Assembly (NCBI GenBank): GCA_951406725.2
Contig: OX597826.1
Location: 52,204,001-52,268,000 of the forward strand
Source: Octopus vulgaris
Lineage: Eukaryota
DNA length: 64,000 nt
Reading direction: 5' to 3'
Notes under the pieces: model-generated
What the model was told of the DNA's origin: nothing
The model's input: the letters and a program-made list of their open reading frames with translations, nothing else
Databases searched by the model: none
Position numbers and translations under genes: made by a program
Part shown: in pieces, positions 50,535 to 64,000 of the stretch
Layout: each line of letters begins with the position of its first letter
Position numbering within the stretch: position 1 is the stretch's first letter

Positions 50535-51772
50535 GTCTCTGTCTCTCTCTCTCTATCTATCTATCTCTAGCTCTCTGGAAGTACAGGCCACACCCATAAT
50601 CTCCTTCATTAAATATGACACAACTGTACACAAAGCGGCAAAAAGCAAATCCAATTCCTTTTGTCATTCTTTATCACAAAAGTACCACGTATCAGCTGGT
50701 GATTGATTAAACACAATTGTTACGATGCTACAGAAAGTGATTCTCATTCAAACGATATGAAATTAATGCGGAAACTAAAAAGACTAAAGTTACAGGTCAT
50801 GGTGAAATTTCTGCTACATTTCTGAATGGACGTGCTAATCACCTCTGTAGCCAGTTCCGCCTTTGCTACATGTATGACCTGTTTCTAAACATGTGGATGA
50901 ACATCTCTATGTTTCCTATGCATAAAATGCATAAAACGGACTTCAGCTATCATAGATTAAAATTCCTACCTATATCATTAATTATCTGTAAATTATTGGA
51001 ATCAGTCTTTCATGAAAACGTACATTACTATCAGCAAAAATCTGAAAGTATCTTTAAATCTAATTTCGGCTTCTAACGAAATCATAGCGCAGCGGAAATT
51101 TTTTTACAATCCTTCCCAGAAGTTATAAAAAATGACCGGGAAGTACGTTAGAAAGTATGAATCTTGGACATAGTTTACGTTTTGGCAAAGTTTTGAACAA
51201 CTTACTCTGCGCTAATCCGCAACAATATATGAGAAATTAAATTTCTAAGGTGGCTTCAAAGCCTCTGGAAAAATCTCAACATATACAGTTTACAACACAG
51301 GGGGTAGACTGCTGCAGGCATAGTGAGCCATAAAACAAGGCATCCTTTGAAATTTCAAAATTATGCTGACACCACAGTACGAAAGAGGTTGTTTTAGGAG
51401 GACTTGTTATTTGTGCTTTCGAACAGTTTCTCAAATCCTGATGCTAAGCCATTTTTTGTACAGTAGAATCGTGTATTTGATTACCAGAATTTGGAACGAA
51501 CTTTCAAAAACTGCCATCAGAACCGCCTCGGCTGACGTGAGATAGGTCTTAAAGACCATGTGCTCAGATACGCCTTGTCATTTTAATTAGTAGAAATGCA
51601 TTGAGCCAGTGACAGGCCTATTGCATTCATGTAAAATAATAGCGCTGTTGCCCACTAATGTATGGCGTAGTGAAAATCAAGGGAACAACGTATATTTTTC
51701 TCTCTACTGCTAAAAATTAATTTATATTTCTCTTTTCCTGATAATATACGTGTATGTGTGCAAGTGCCAGTG

Positions 51773-51830
<58 letters not shown>

Positions 51831-53327
51831 TGCCTTCGTATGAGTTAGAATATGTGTGAGAGTAAGCATGCAAAATTTTAAGGCGTTTAACCTTGATGAT
51901 AATTCATACACACATAACGTATTTTTGTATGTGTGAAATGACAGGAAATTTTCGCTGAAAAGACACGATTACAAATGACATGGAAATATCAGCGCGCACA
52001 AATGCGAGTGCATTTGAATATATTTGCATATATGTATATACATGCTAGCATGTTCATACATTCATGAATACATGTATACATATACATACATGTACACATA
52101 CTCACTCACTCATTAATTCACACACATACAGATTCGCGCGCGTGTGCGTGTGTCTGTGTGTGTGTGTGTGTGTGTGCGTGCATGCGTGTGAAATATTAAT
52201 TTGTTAGCCTTTCAAAAGGCTAATTAAATTGCCTTTCATAAAAAACTAATTAATATCATTCGCATGCCAACAGAGTTTCCAGAATAATGAATGTTTATAT
52301 GTCATTATAAATAGAAAAAGCAACATCAAAATCAGAAAGAGTCCTTCAACCATTTCTCCATAACTTGATATAAACTTCAACGTTAGACACTTTTTAAAAT
52401 TAAACAGTTTCGAGAATTTGTGAAGAATTTGATTCCAAAACGGATAGAAAGCATTTTTGAACTCACTATCACCGTTAGAGTCTAACAACACTTAACAAAA
52501 GTAAAAAATTCAACCAACTCAAATTTTGAAGAATGATATATAAGTTAGGGAAACAGCTGAAATAGACGAATTGCATGAATCTGGATAATTAATTTAAGAG
52601 GTGATGTACTAAATAAACAATATTTTTTTAATTGAAAATTTCTTTCTTAGCTTGAAACAGAAAACAACATAGCGGCAGATGCTAGCGACTCTTAAAGGAA
52701 AGGGGAAACAATTTTAGCAAACTGAGAATTAATTTCCTTAAATTTAATTTACATGTTGTGAGGAAAGGGAAGTGAGAGGTATTTTGAGTATAGTATAGTC
52801 GTACTAAGTCTGCTGATCAGTTAACGTACATTTTTAAATATAGGGAGTTACGAATAAATTTCGACCTGTATAACTTTTGTAATTAAAAATAAGTCAACGT
52901 AAATAACTTAAATGAACCAAAATTGTGTATGTGGGTTAAGATAAGGAGTACGGTGCTATATTATTTATGGAAGGAAAGAAATTCTTAATTCAGTCCACCG
53001 TTCCCTAATTAAAATATACAGTTAAAATATACGAAATCACTCACTAATTACTCTCACCAACTCCGTCAAATTCCCTGGTATTTTACAGTTTTGCTTCAAT
53101 AGTCGGGTGAAATGATAAACAATTCTAAAACCCAACAAAAAAAGAACAAGTGAAATTATCTCATACAAACCCAGCAACCACTTGTGTAGACCCTTAAAAT
53201 TTGTAGAAGGATAATTCGTTACATCACTAACCTTTGTATCCCCTACTCCAAATTACGATACAAAATCAGACCTCTACTCTTGTCTATCACTCAATAAACT
53301 ATTAACTGAACGCATAAAATACACGAT

Positions 53328-53740
53328 AGGCGCAGGAGTGGCTGTGTGGTAAGTAGCTTGCTTACCAACCACATGGTTCCGGTTTCAGTCCCACTGCGTG
53401 GCACCTTGGGCAAGTGTCTTCTACTATAGCCTCGGGCCGACCAAAGCCTTGTGAGTGGATTTGGTAGACGGAAACTGAAAGAAGCCCGTCGTATATATAT
53501 ATATGTATCTGCATATATGCTTGTGTGTCTGTGTTTGTCCTCCTAGCATTGCTTGACAACCGATGCTGGTGTGTTTATGTCCCCGTCACTTAGCGGTTCG
53601 GCAAAAGAGACCGATAGAATAAGTACTGGGCTTACAAAGAATAAGTCCCGGGGTCGAGTTGCTCGACTAAAGGCGGTGCTCCAGCATGGCCGCAGTCAAA
53701 TGACTGAAACAAGTAAAAGAGTAAAGAGTAAAGAGTAAAG
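53328..53740 (+). mobile_element. SINE family B, full-length
   Basis: Complete head to (gagtaaa)n tail. Confidence 0.93.
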
Positions 53741-54246
53741 AGATAGATTCATCAACAAAACCTTTCACTGATCCACACTAACATCGACACTGACAAAACG
53801 TTTCTTGCTATCCGCTCATTCAATCAGTTTCTAACACCGCCATAAAAAAAAATACGGACAATAAATGAAGTCTCATCATCAAATTATTTAACGTTGGAGG
53901 CCAATTCCAAAGCTTACAGTTTTCTGAATGGAGCGCTACACAGATTTGTTTCCTAAGCTACTCTTTTAAATTTATATCTATACGATCTTCTCGTTCCTGC
54001 ACAAAACAAACCACCACATGCTGTGCTGATGGCATCCTACACATGCCTTATCATTATTTTCAAGAAAATGTTGCACATCCTACTGCAAAGCGTTCATGAG
54101 TCATTTACAAGCCTGTCACTGTAAAAGCAATAACAGACTTAGAGTATTATCAATCAAATCTGCAGTCTCCCTTCTAACCAGCAATACTAGAGAACATGAA
54201 ACACAACACCCATAACAATATAATGCATAACTTAAATAAATATACC

Positions 54247-54476
54247 TATTTCTTTATTACCCACAAGGGGCTAAACACAGAGGGGACAAACAAGGACAGA
54301 CATAGGTATTAAGTCGATTACATCGACCCCAGTGCGTAACTGGTACTTAATTTATCGACCCCGAAAGGATGAAAGGCAAAGTCGACCTCGGCGGAATTTG
54401 AACTCACAACGTAACGCAGACGAAATACCGCTAAGCATTTCGCCCGGCGTGCTAACGTTTCTGCCAGCTCGCCGCC
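54247..54476 (-). mobile_element. SINE family A, young copy
   Basis: 15-bp TSD ttaaataaatatacc at 54232-54246 and 54477-54491. Almost identical to 13200-13428. Confidence 0.95.
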
Positions 54477-55211
54477 TTAAATAAATATACCACACACACA
54501 CACATGCACTAAGAGAGAGAGAGGGGGGGAAGAAAGTGGGGGACGGAATGGAGACAAAGACACGAACGTCATCAAATGAAGAATAGAACTATATAATCGA
54601 TCTACTCGCTAGAAGTTGCAGTTAAACCTTTCACGACATACATCATAACATTTTAAAATTGCAAACGATACATAATTAAGTTCTAGATATCATTGAAGTG
54701 AAGACACATGGCCTTGTGGTTAGGGTGTTGTGCTTACTATTATAAGGTCGTAAATTCAATCTCTGGTGAGAGCGTCACATTGTCCTTGAACAGAGCATAC
54801 CATTTCACAGTGCTTCAGTCTAAACAGGTGAAAATGAATATCAGCCGATTGCTAGTGCAGACCCTTACTTTCTCTCTAACTGTAATATATTCGATAGGCC
54901 ATGGAGTCATGGGTGGGCTGGCTGGCTTAAAAGGATGCCTATATCAGCTTGCTACTAAAATAATTTGGGAAAAGCATGGCCCAAGCTATCAGGTGCTTTT
55001 TTTTTTCTCTATAGATGTCGTCGAAAAGACAGGTCGATCATATTTGGCAAAGCTGGTGTGATTTGAACTCAGAATAAATTCCACGCGTAATTTTTACCTC
55101 GAAGATCTGACGATTGGGCTAGTACGTCTCTCTATCCCCTAAACTGTAAAGAGTAAATGTTGTAGCGGTCCTTTATTTTCCCAGTTGTGATATCTTGGCT
55201 ATTCCACTATG

Positions 55212-55442
55212 TATTTCTTTACCACCCACAAGGGGCTAAACACAGAGAGGAGAAACACGGACAGACAAACGGATTAAGTCGATTATATCGACCCCAGTGC
55301 GTAACTGGTACTTAATTTATCGACCCCGAAAGGATGAAAGGCAAAGTCGACCTCGGCGGAATTTGAACTCAGAACGTAACGGCAGACGAAATACTGCTAC
55401 GCATTTCGCCCGGCGTGCTAACGGTTCTGCCAGCTCGCCGCC
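55212..55442 (-). mobile_element. SINE family A
   Basis: TSD cttggcta(t/c)tccactatg at 55194-55211 and 55442-55459. Confidence 0.93.
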
Positions 55443-56104
55443 TTGGCTACTCCACTATGGTCATGAATGAGGGGTTAGCGTAAACAGTGTCTAAGTCTCT
55501 TGGTGATTATATAGGCACCTAAAATAATTGACGAAAGCATGGTACTTGTTACCAAGCCATACTTGCTCGTGAGTGACGTCTAGCTTTTCTGTACTGCACC
55601 GATGATATTAGCATCACTGAGGTCAAATTAATTTCCAATCTTTCAGTAATTAGCTAACACAAACGTCTTATATCTAATTATGTGAATCCGTAAACTGTAA
55701 ACGGAATAAAATAACAGGAAAGCGTGAAATAGAATAAAATGAAACGAAGTGAGGGATGAGGGAATAAAAATATAATTAGATATTCAGTATAACACATCCA
55801 ATATTTCAATTCGGTGAAGACAAATATGTGCGTGTGCATATGTGGTGGTGGTGTACGTCCGTGTATGTATTTGTGTATGTGTGTGCATGTGTGCGTAAAA
55901 TGATTTATTATATGTATGTAAATTAATTTTTTTTAATGTATATACAAAGATGTATGCTTATAATTATAATTAAAAATTAACTGAGTTAGTACATTATGTA
56001 AACATGCATGGATTTAGATATGCATGTATGTACCTAAGTATATAAGTATATTTAAGATTATAACTATATATATATATATATATATGTATGTATATATACT
56101 ATAT

Positions 56105-56470
56105 CTTTTATCTTTTACTTGTTTGAATCATTAGACTGCGGCCATGCTGGGGCGGCGCCATAAAGGATTTTAGTCGAACGAATCGGTACTTATTCTATCG
56201 GTCTGTTTTGCCGAACCGCTAAGTTACAGGGACGTAAATACAGTAACATTGGTTACCAAGCGGTGGTGGCGGATAAACACAGACTCAAGCACACACACAC
56301 ACACACACACATACGTCGAACTTCTTACAATCTCCTTCTACCAAATCCATTGACAAGTCTTTGGCCGGCCCAATAATATAGCAGAAGATACTTGTCCAAG
56401 GTACCAGGCAGTGGGACTCAACCCGAAACCATGTTCTTGGGAAGCAAGATTCTTACAACACAATCACGCT
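56105..56470 (-). mobile_element. Old SINE family B copy
   Basis: Diverged reverse-complement match. Confidence 0.75.
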
Positions 56471-56674
56471 TATATTATATTATATTATATTATATATTTA
56501 GAATATACAAAACTTATAAGAAATCTTACAGGTATGAGATTTTTGTTTGTAGTCTTTATGTGCATGTGTACTTGTGTTTGTGAGTGTGTATTGCAACTGG
56601 GATAAAATTTGATACGATTTAACGTGAAGAAAACTTTCTGCTGATTGATTAGGATATGCCCAGTAATAATAATG

Positions 56675-57270
56675 ATTTCATATTTTGGCACAAGGCCGAC
56701 AATTGCGGTGGAGGTGGTAAATCGATTACATCAACTCCAGTGTTCAGCAGATACTTATTTTGCCCATTCCTCAGCGGAATTTGAACTTAGAACATAAAGA
56801 CTGAAGAAATACTGCTAAGTAATATTTTTTTAGATGCGGTAACGATTCTGCTAGCGCGCCGCCTTATGATCAGTAATAACGGTTTTAAATGTTTGCATAG
56901 GGCCAGCAATTTCAGGGGAGGGTGTAGGTCAATTACATCGAACTCAGTGCTCAACTGGTACTGATTTTATCGAATCCGAAAGGTTGAAAGGTAAAGTCAA
57001 CCTCGGCTGAATTTGAACTCAGAACGAAAAGACGGACGAAAAGCCGCTAAGCATCATGCTCGGTGTACTAACAATTCTGCTCGCTCGCTACCTTCTCATC
57101 AGTAGTAGTAATAGTAATAATAATCCTTTCTATTATAGGCACAAGGCCTGAAATCTGGGGGAGCCGGATAGTCTATTATATCGACCCCAGTACTCAACCG
57201 GTACTTAATTTATCGACCCCGAAAAGATGAAAGGTAAAGTTGACCTCAGCTCAATTTGAACTCAGGACCG
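56675..57270 (-). mobile_element. Three tandem diverged family A-related SINEs
   Basis: Repeated tcgattacatc..ctccagt..ctggtact..tttatcga..ccgaaagg..gaatttgaactcag core. Confidence 0.75.
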
Positions 57271-57459
57271 AAGAGCCTCCCTCTTCACTCTGATCCGCCT
57301 GATAAAGTTGATCAGAAATTCGCCAGAGAGGAATGTGCCCGGACATACATCAGTGTTTCTGGCACTTGAAAGGTGCTGGTGCCAAAGATCACATCCTCTC
57401 TCACGACATCATTCCTCCGTGCTAAGCGGTCCATTAATTGTTTATTTGATCTCCTAACT

Positions 57460-57528
57460 AGAAGAAGAAGAAGAAGAAGAAGAAGAAGAAGAAGAAGAAG
57501 AAGAAGAAGAAGAAGAAGAAGAAGAAGA
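57460..57528. repeat. (GAA)n microsatellite
   Basis: Direct. Confidence 0.95.
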
Positions 57529-58303
57529 ACCTGATGGAGATGTTTTAAGATGAGAAATAAAGAATTTTTTCTTTCTGTTTAGCTGAGCCTTTTCTTCAAT
57601 GAAACAGAGAAACTCTCTGGATACTGTTGAAAAATCTTTTATAAACAAATATTGCAAATTTAATTTCTCTCTGTTAATCGAGATTAATAAAGGAACCAAG
57701 TGATCTATAACGGAAACATTCGCGTTTGTTTAATGCGATAAATGGAATTAGTAAAATTTGGTAAACAATTTCTAAACCACTCTAAGTTTTATTACGTTTG
57801 TGCAACATTCCAGTTCCGTGACACTTCTTTGTTTTACGTCAATATCGATTGTTAAACGACCTTGCAATTTCGTGTCATTGCAGTGCTTTTATTGCCGAAC
57901 AATTTTCAAATAATGGACAATAAAAACTATTTTGAATACTGGCATCAGGCCACATGGCCAAACAATTTGAAGGGTGGGTTGCAGTTGATTTAATCACTGT
58001 ACTGTACTACTGGCTACTTATTTTAATTGATCGATGATTAGGGGGATCGAATCCAGCAACCAAATTTAAAGTGAACCTATGATCATTGAGTACAACAAAA
58101 GATTTTGATTCGGTGATTTACTGTTTCTGCTACCCAGTGCCTTTTCTCACGCCCTATAATTATAATTCCCAAAGGTTTCCACAAGGATATGCATTTAGAG
58201 ATGGATACAATATGTTACTGATACATATTTTGTTAAAATCTTGGAAGGATGGAAGGAAAAGTTAGTATATAGAACGGCAAAGTTTTAAATCAGGACACAA
58301 AAC

Positions 58304-58716
58304 GGCGGCGAGCTGGCAGAAACGTTAGCACGCCGGGTAGAATGCCTAGCGGTATTTCGTCTCTCGTTACATTGAGTTCAAACTCCGCTGAGGTCGACTT
58401 TGCCTTTTATCCTTTCGGGGTCGATTAAATAAGTACCAGTTGCTCACTGGGGTCGATATAATCGACTTAATCCGTTTGTCTGTCCTTGTTTGTTCTCTCT
58501 GTGTTTAGCCCCTTGTGGGTAGTAAAGAAATAGGTATTTCGTCTGCCGCTACGTTCTGAGTTCAAATTCCGCCGAGGTCGACTTTGCCTCTCATCCTTTC
58601 AGTGTCGATAAATTAAGTACCAGTTACGCACTGGGGTCGATGTAATCGACTTAATCCCTTTGTCTGTCCTTGTTTGTCCACTCTATGTTTAGCCCCTTGT
58701 GGGCAAGAATGAAATA
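58304..58716 (+). mobile_element. SINE family A dimer (full unit plus 5'-shortened unit)
   Basis: Second unit starts at ggtatttcgtctgcc (~58533). caaaacggcg repeated at both ends. Confidence 0.9.
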
Positions 58717-60066
58717 GCAAAACGGCGTAACTTAATTCTAACTTTTAGTCAGGGATTGAAGGGTAATGTTCATGACTATGTATTTTCTCAGGGCCTCCAA
58801 ACGTGGCGAAAAAAATGAAGGAAGTTAGTCGCAAACGGGATATTTTGGTTTGGCTGTTCGTAACAGAGTAAACTCCGCTAAAGTCACCTAATGGTCAAGT
58901 GGTGATGTTAAACCGGTTGATAGATGAGCTATACGAATTAAAATCTCAGAATGAAAAGAGCCGAGCAAATAAAATTCCATCCTTGACATCACTAAACTCC
59001 ACATCTTCTCCTCCAAATCACAATAAGATTTGACCATTGCACTCAAAAACTGCACTGTTCATAAAATTAACACAAAAATTCCATATCGTAAAAAAGAAAG
59101 GAAAATACACGTGTCTTTCTAACCATCATTGACACTCGTGATTCTTTCAGCTCAACCTTTCGCTATTCCACCCATACAAATAGACTCAATACCACTTTAA
59201 AAAACGATTCAAAACACCAGCTACCCGTTAGTCTATTTCCTTACCTGTAATTTATCCCTTTATGGTATCACACTCTGCAGATACTTCTGCAAAACTATTC
59301 TCTCATCCAGAAACTGTACCCAGGTAACATCATAAGATGCAGATAATATGATAATGTTCACATTCCCCATCTTACTGCAGACAATTTTGCGAAACTACTC
59401 TTAAATCACATAAGAATTTGACTCTACAAGAACTGGCTAACCCCAATCCTATCGAATCAACCGTCTCCATTTTTTCCAGTAAAGTCTGAGAACCTCAGAT
59501 ACCAACAAAAAATTTTTTAAAGACATTACATTGTAAAGAACAACAAAACTTGCACAAGTAGTAAATAACAATCCAAAGAGTTACAGTTTTTTGCCAAACA
59601 TTCACAACCTACACAGCCAAGAAAATAAAATTATGCACAGGCCGAATTTGACCTCAAAAGAAAGAAACAACTACGATATAGTATAAAGTATCGAAAATCT
59701 AACTTTATAGAGAGAAAGGATAGTCCTTTACATCGTAGCCAGAGCTCAACTGGTACTTACTTCATCTTTCCCGCAAGGGTGGGGAAAAAAGTCAACCTCA
59801 GCAGAATTTCAGCTCAGAACGTACAGACAAACGAAATGCCGCTAAGAATTTTGTCCGGCGTGCTAACGATTCTGCCTGCTCGTCACCTTAATAATAAAAA
59901 TAATGGCATCACATTTTGGCACTAGATCAGCAGTTTCGGGATAGGGGTAAGTCGATTACATCGACTCCAGTGCTCAACTGGAACTTATTTTATCGACCCC
60001 AAAAAGATGAAAGGCAAAATCGACCTTGGCGGAATTTGAACTTACAATATACATATATATATACAT

Positions 60067-60122
<56 letters not shown>

Positions 60123-60124
60123 GC

Positions 60125-60596
60125 AATCAATAATCTATATATGGAAATTCTAGAAGGGCTGGTACCTAATTTCGTCATTGAATGTTATACAAATGCCAGA
60201 ACTGGCCGCCATTGTATTGTACCGAAGGTACCATCCACTCCATCTACATTCAGGACCAGGTACTGCAATAGTTAAGGGTTCAAGGACCCACAGCTCTTCA
60301 ACGCCCTGTCACAAAAATTAAGAAATCTGCATAAGGTGGAAGTAGATATCTTCAAAACGGAGCTAGACATACTCCTCTCCACAATACCGGATGAACCAAC
60401 AGCCCGATATGAAGTGCAGACAAGGGCAGCGGAATCAGAATCCCTTATATACCAAATGGGCCATCAGCTGAAACAAAGGCACATACAGGAGTGGTGATGT
60501 GAAACACCTCAGACTGAGGAAAAGAAAAAGACCACGGTGGTACTCCAGCATGACCACAACCGCATGGCTGGAACGAGTAAAGGAGTAAAAGAGTAT
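60125..60596 (+). mobile_element. 3' end of a CR1/L2-group LINE
   Basis: ILEGLVPN...TGRHCIVP...PQLFNAL...FKTELD..L..IPDEP, then a short 3' UTR and gagtaaa repeats. Confidence 0.7.
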
Positions 60597-60718
60597 CTAT
60601 AAACGTGCATGCATATAAGTATATATACGCATGTATGCATGTGATTTAATCAGCAACTCGTTCTTGTATATATGTGTGAACTAACCTTGTGACATGAATA
60701 TATATGCACACACACACA

Positions 60719-60802
<84 letters not shown>

Positions 60803-60804
60803 CA

Positions 60805-61072
60805 TAAGGAGCATTCCGTCGGTTACGACTACGAGGGTCCCAGCTGATACGATCAGCAGAACAGCTTGCTTGCGAAATTAACGTGCTAGTCGCTGAGCAA
60901 TCCACAGACACGTGTATCCTTAACGTAGTTCTCAAGGAGATTCAGCGTGACACATTGTGACTAATTTTTGCCAGCTGAGTGAACTGGAGCAACGTGAAAT
61001 AAAGTGTCGCCGGTAATTGAATTCACGACCTTACAATCGTGAGTCAAATGCCCTTACCACTAAGCCACGCGT
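60805..61072 (-). mobile_element. SINE family C
   Basis: Reverse complement of 2700-3016 with deletions. Confidence 0.8.
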
Positions 61073-61779
61073 CTTAATTTTATATATATATATAATTATA
61101 TATAGTTATGCATATAGACGTATATATGTATACTTGTGTGAGCGTGTCTCTGCTTTTCTTCTCATCGTCTGTGTGTGTGAGTGTATGCTTTGTGTGTGTG
61201 CTTGTGTGTGTATGTGTGTGTGTAAGTAAACGTTCATTTTTATAAGCTCTTTGTAATTACAAGAATATTAATTCTAATTCAATAAGCAGGGCATTAAATG
61301 GTAATTAATTTGGAGGATATCAAGACTGACTCAATCGTACTTGGTATTCTTAAGTAACGTTTCCTTTCATTGATCTTCGATGAAAAACAAAAAAAAGACA
61401 ACAGAAAAGTTCAACCTCGATGGTGTATCTAATCTCAAATCGTAAAGAAATATGTCTAAAATATGATAGGGTTGACATTTTTACAGCACTTTACCACTTC
61501 CGGTCATCACCCGTCCTTCATATAACTATAAATTAGACATGTTAGAATCACTGTCTCTGTGTTTGCTTTTCTTCTCACCATGTGTGTGTGTGTGTATTTA
61601 TGTGTATGTGTGTGCGTTGTGTGTGTATGTGTGTGTGTTGTGTGTGTTTTTCTTTATTATGTTAATCAACCACTGTTGTCTACACATCATTATTGCTGTC
61701 ATCGTCGTCTCCGTCGTCCTCGTCCTCGTCATCATCTTTATCATCACTACCACCGCTACAATCATTAGCATGACTATGA

Positions 61780-61836
<57 letters not shown>

Positions 61837-62199
61837 CATTACCATTGTCAACATGATCGTCTTCTTCATAAGCAGCATCTCCAATGTTATCATGCTCGTC
61901 GTTACGGCTCTAGCTGTCGTAACAGCACCGCCACCACCCACCCAAAAACCCAAACAACCAATCCACCCACCACCACCACCACAACAACAACGTGAGCTAC
62001 ATCGCCGACGACGACAACCTTGATAATAATGATGATGATTTCTTTCATTTTTCAGAGGCACATGAGATGAAGGGAACATTGCAAGAACAGTTTACAAATG
62101 TGTCTGGAAATTTGCATGAAAGAGTAGAAGAAGTAAAAGAAATTATATAAAAGCATACATTTATGCATAATATAGAAAGTATGTGAATATGTGAAAGAT

Positions 62200-63250
62200 G
62201 CAGTCAGTCCTCCTGAAACAGGTGAACCAGTAGCTAGGGCTAATGAAGGAAACTCACAGATCCAGCATCATCTTGATCACAAAAGGCAAACTCTTGTCAA
62301 ATTGTTGCTCTCCAATCTCTGGCGCAAGCTTAGAGTAGATACATTCATTCTTACCCTTCTTTCAACACTCACCTATCTTTTGACATATTCAATAGGAAAG
62401 AACATATCTCTCTCGACCATTTCCTTTTGAAGTAGAGCTTAGAAAGGACTATGGGGGATTGATCGAAGAGGAAAGTCTCTTTCCTCAACTCTTTCAATCT
62501 TGAGCACCATACAGCCACTTCCGCCGTAACTACTAAACAAAGAAATACAGTCGGCCCCGCCTTGTTAAAGGTGGCTGGTGGGACAATCCTCACGACAGAC
62601 TCGATTAAGAGTTTGGATTCATCCTACACGTGACAACAGATGCTTGATATGACTCTAGATGTCAGCAATATTTGGAAACTCCACGAGTGCATGTAGCTTC
62701 ATTGCTCTGTGCACATCTCAGGCGGCCCTGCCTGGCGGCGTTTCCGCACTTATAGGGTTTATTTTGAATCGGCAGTGCCTCCAAATGTCCTCCTAAGCAA
62801 ACCAACTGGTTCGTCCTAGAGTTACCTCGAGAACATCATTACTTATCTAACGCTAATTCTTTACATGTTACTAACATAAACACGGGCTGCCATTGCAGAT
62901 ACCAGGCGTCCAACTTTGGTCTTTTCTTACTATTCTTTGCATAGGACTGCAGATCCGTCCAAGAGATGAGCTGCGGAAAGACGTGTCTTACAAATGGAGA
63001 CCACACCTGCTTACCGTTTAAGAAAATCTGCAGGTGGTGTTGGCTCAGTGCGAGTATGCGCGTCAGGAGACACAAAATGCCGAGCCTGCGTTCCAAAGGA
63101 TGCTGACAACAGATGGACCACCTGACAAGTGGAATGCCTCCCTTTTGTAGAAAGCAAAAAATTAGACGCTCCAATCTGGCCAAAAGTGAACTGGAGCAAG
63201 GCACAAATGTCAACGATAAGTTATTAAGGAGTCGATGTAAGCATTTGTAA
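62200..63250 (-). mobile_element. Possible decayed retroelement coding region (DIRS-like?)
   Basis: Higher-GC broken coding-like sequence. RGRLYFF followed by ..SINPP recalls the DIRS RT N-terminus. Weak. Confidence 0.3.
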
Positions 63251-64000
63251 TCTCTGCTCGATCTTTCAGGAGTAGATTTCTCCTGTCCATTTCTAGTAAG
63301 GCTGAATAACAAGAATTACTATCACTACTATCATGATTAGATTCAAAATAATCATTATCATCACCATCACCACCTTCATTCATTTTATCACCAGAAGTGA
63401 GTGAGTCACGCAATACTGTCGGTTGCAGATCATCACTAAAGAGCTGGTATTGATAGCGAGAGATGAAAATAAAATAGATATTTCTATAGGATTGAAGTTT
63501 AGTGTGAAAGACAGTACAAAGAGAATGGAAAGAAGATGACTGGATAAGAGTGATGGTTACGGTTGAAAGTGGAAAGTAATCGAATTGATATTAGATTAAG
63601 GAATGTTGTAGTTCTGACTTGCTAAGTGTTGTAGATGTAATGTAAGAAGCTTTGTATAAATGAAGAAGTGTGGAGATGAAGTGTGACCGGAAAGCCGTGC
63701 TGTTTGCGGAGAAAGAAATAAAGGCAGATGAAAGAGAAAGGAATGAGAACGGAGTGAACGAGAAAAGAGAATGAAGAAGGAGGAGGAGGAGGAGGAAGAG
63801 GGGGAGGAATAACGAAGAAAATCGAAAAGATAATAAGACTATGGAAACTAAAATATGGGGGATTTAGGGTAAAAAGATGAATGGAAAGGAGTTGAGATCA
63901 AGAAATATATACGTGGATTAACAAAATATGTAAACGCAAGCGAGAAAACCAGAAAAACCTCAATGGCTATGAAGAAGGTCCGTTGTGATATTTTTTCTGC

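Noticed and set aside
63420-64000. Purine-rich stretch, possibly a LINE 5'/endonuclease relic on the minus strand (similar composition at 58780-59700 and 10770-11800)
   Set aside because: Too decayed to show a convincing motif.

Overview
AT-rich, microsatellite-saturated eukaryotic DNA with no recognisable host gene. The tRNA-derived SINEs and repeat landscape resemble an octopus/cephalopod genome (recognition, not verified). Most listed ORFs are translations of simple repeats. The centre (34.7-49.9 kb) is a nest of hammerhead-ribozyme (HHR) retroelements, each arranged head-to-head with outer ends in or next to (TA)n. It holds four things. (1) An 11.4-kb quasi-palindromic Penelope-like element (RT + C-terminal GIY-YIG, Neptune-type). 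It has an extra upstream coiled-coil/NQ-rich ORF1 joined to the RT ORF at a TTTTTTA slippery heptamer, a candidate programmed frameshift. (2) A non-coding 485-bp tandem retrozyme with canonical type I HHRs. (3) An older HHR-bearing fold-back into which the Penelope element inserted. (4) A tiny fold-back from a fourth HHR family. The rest is three SINE families, mariner relics, and decayed R4-, RTE- and CR1/L2-like LINEs.
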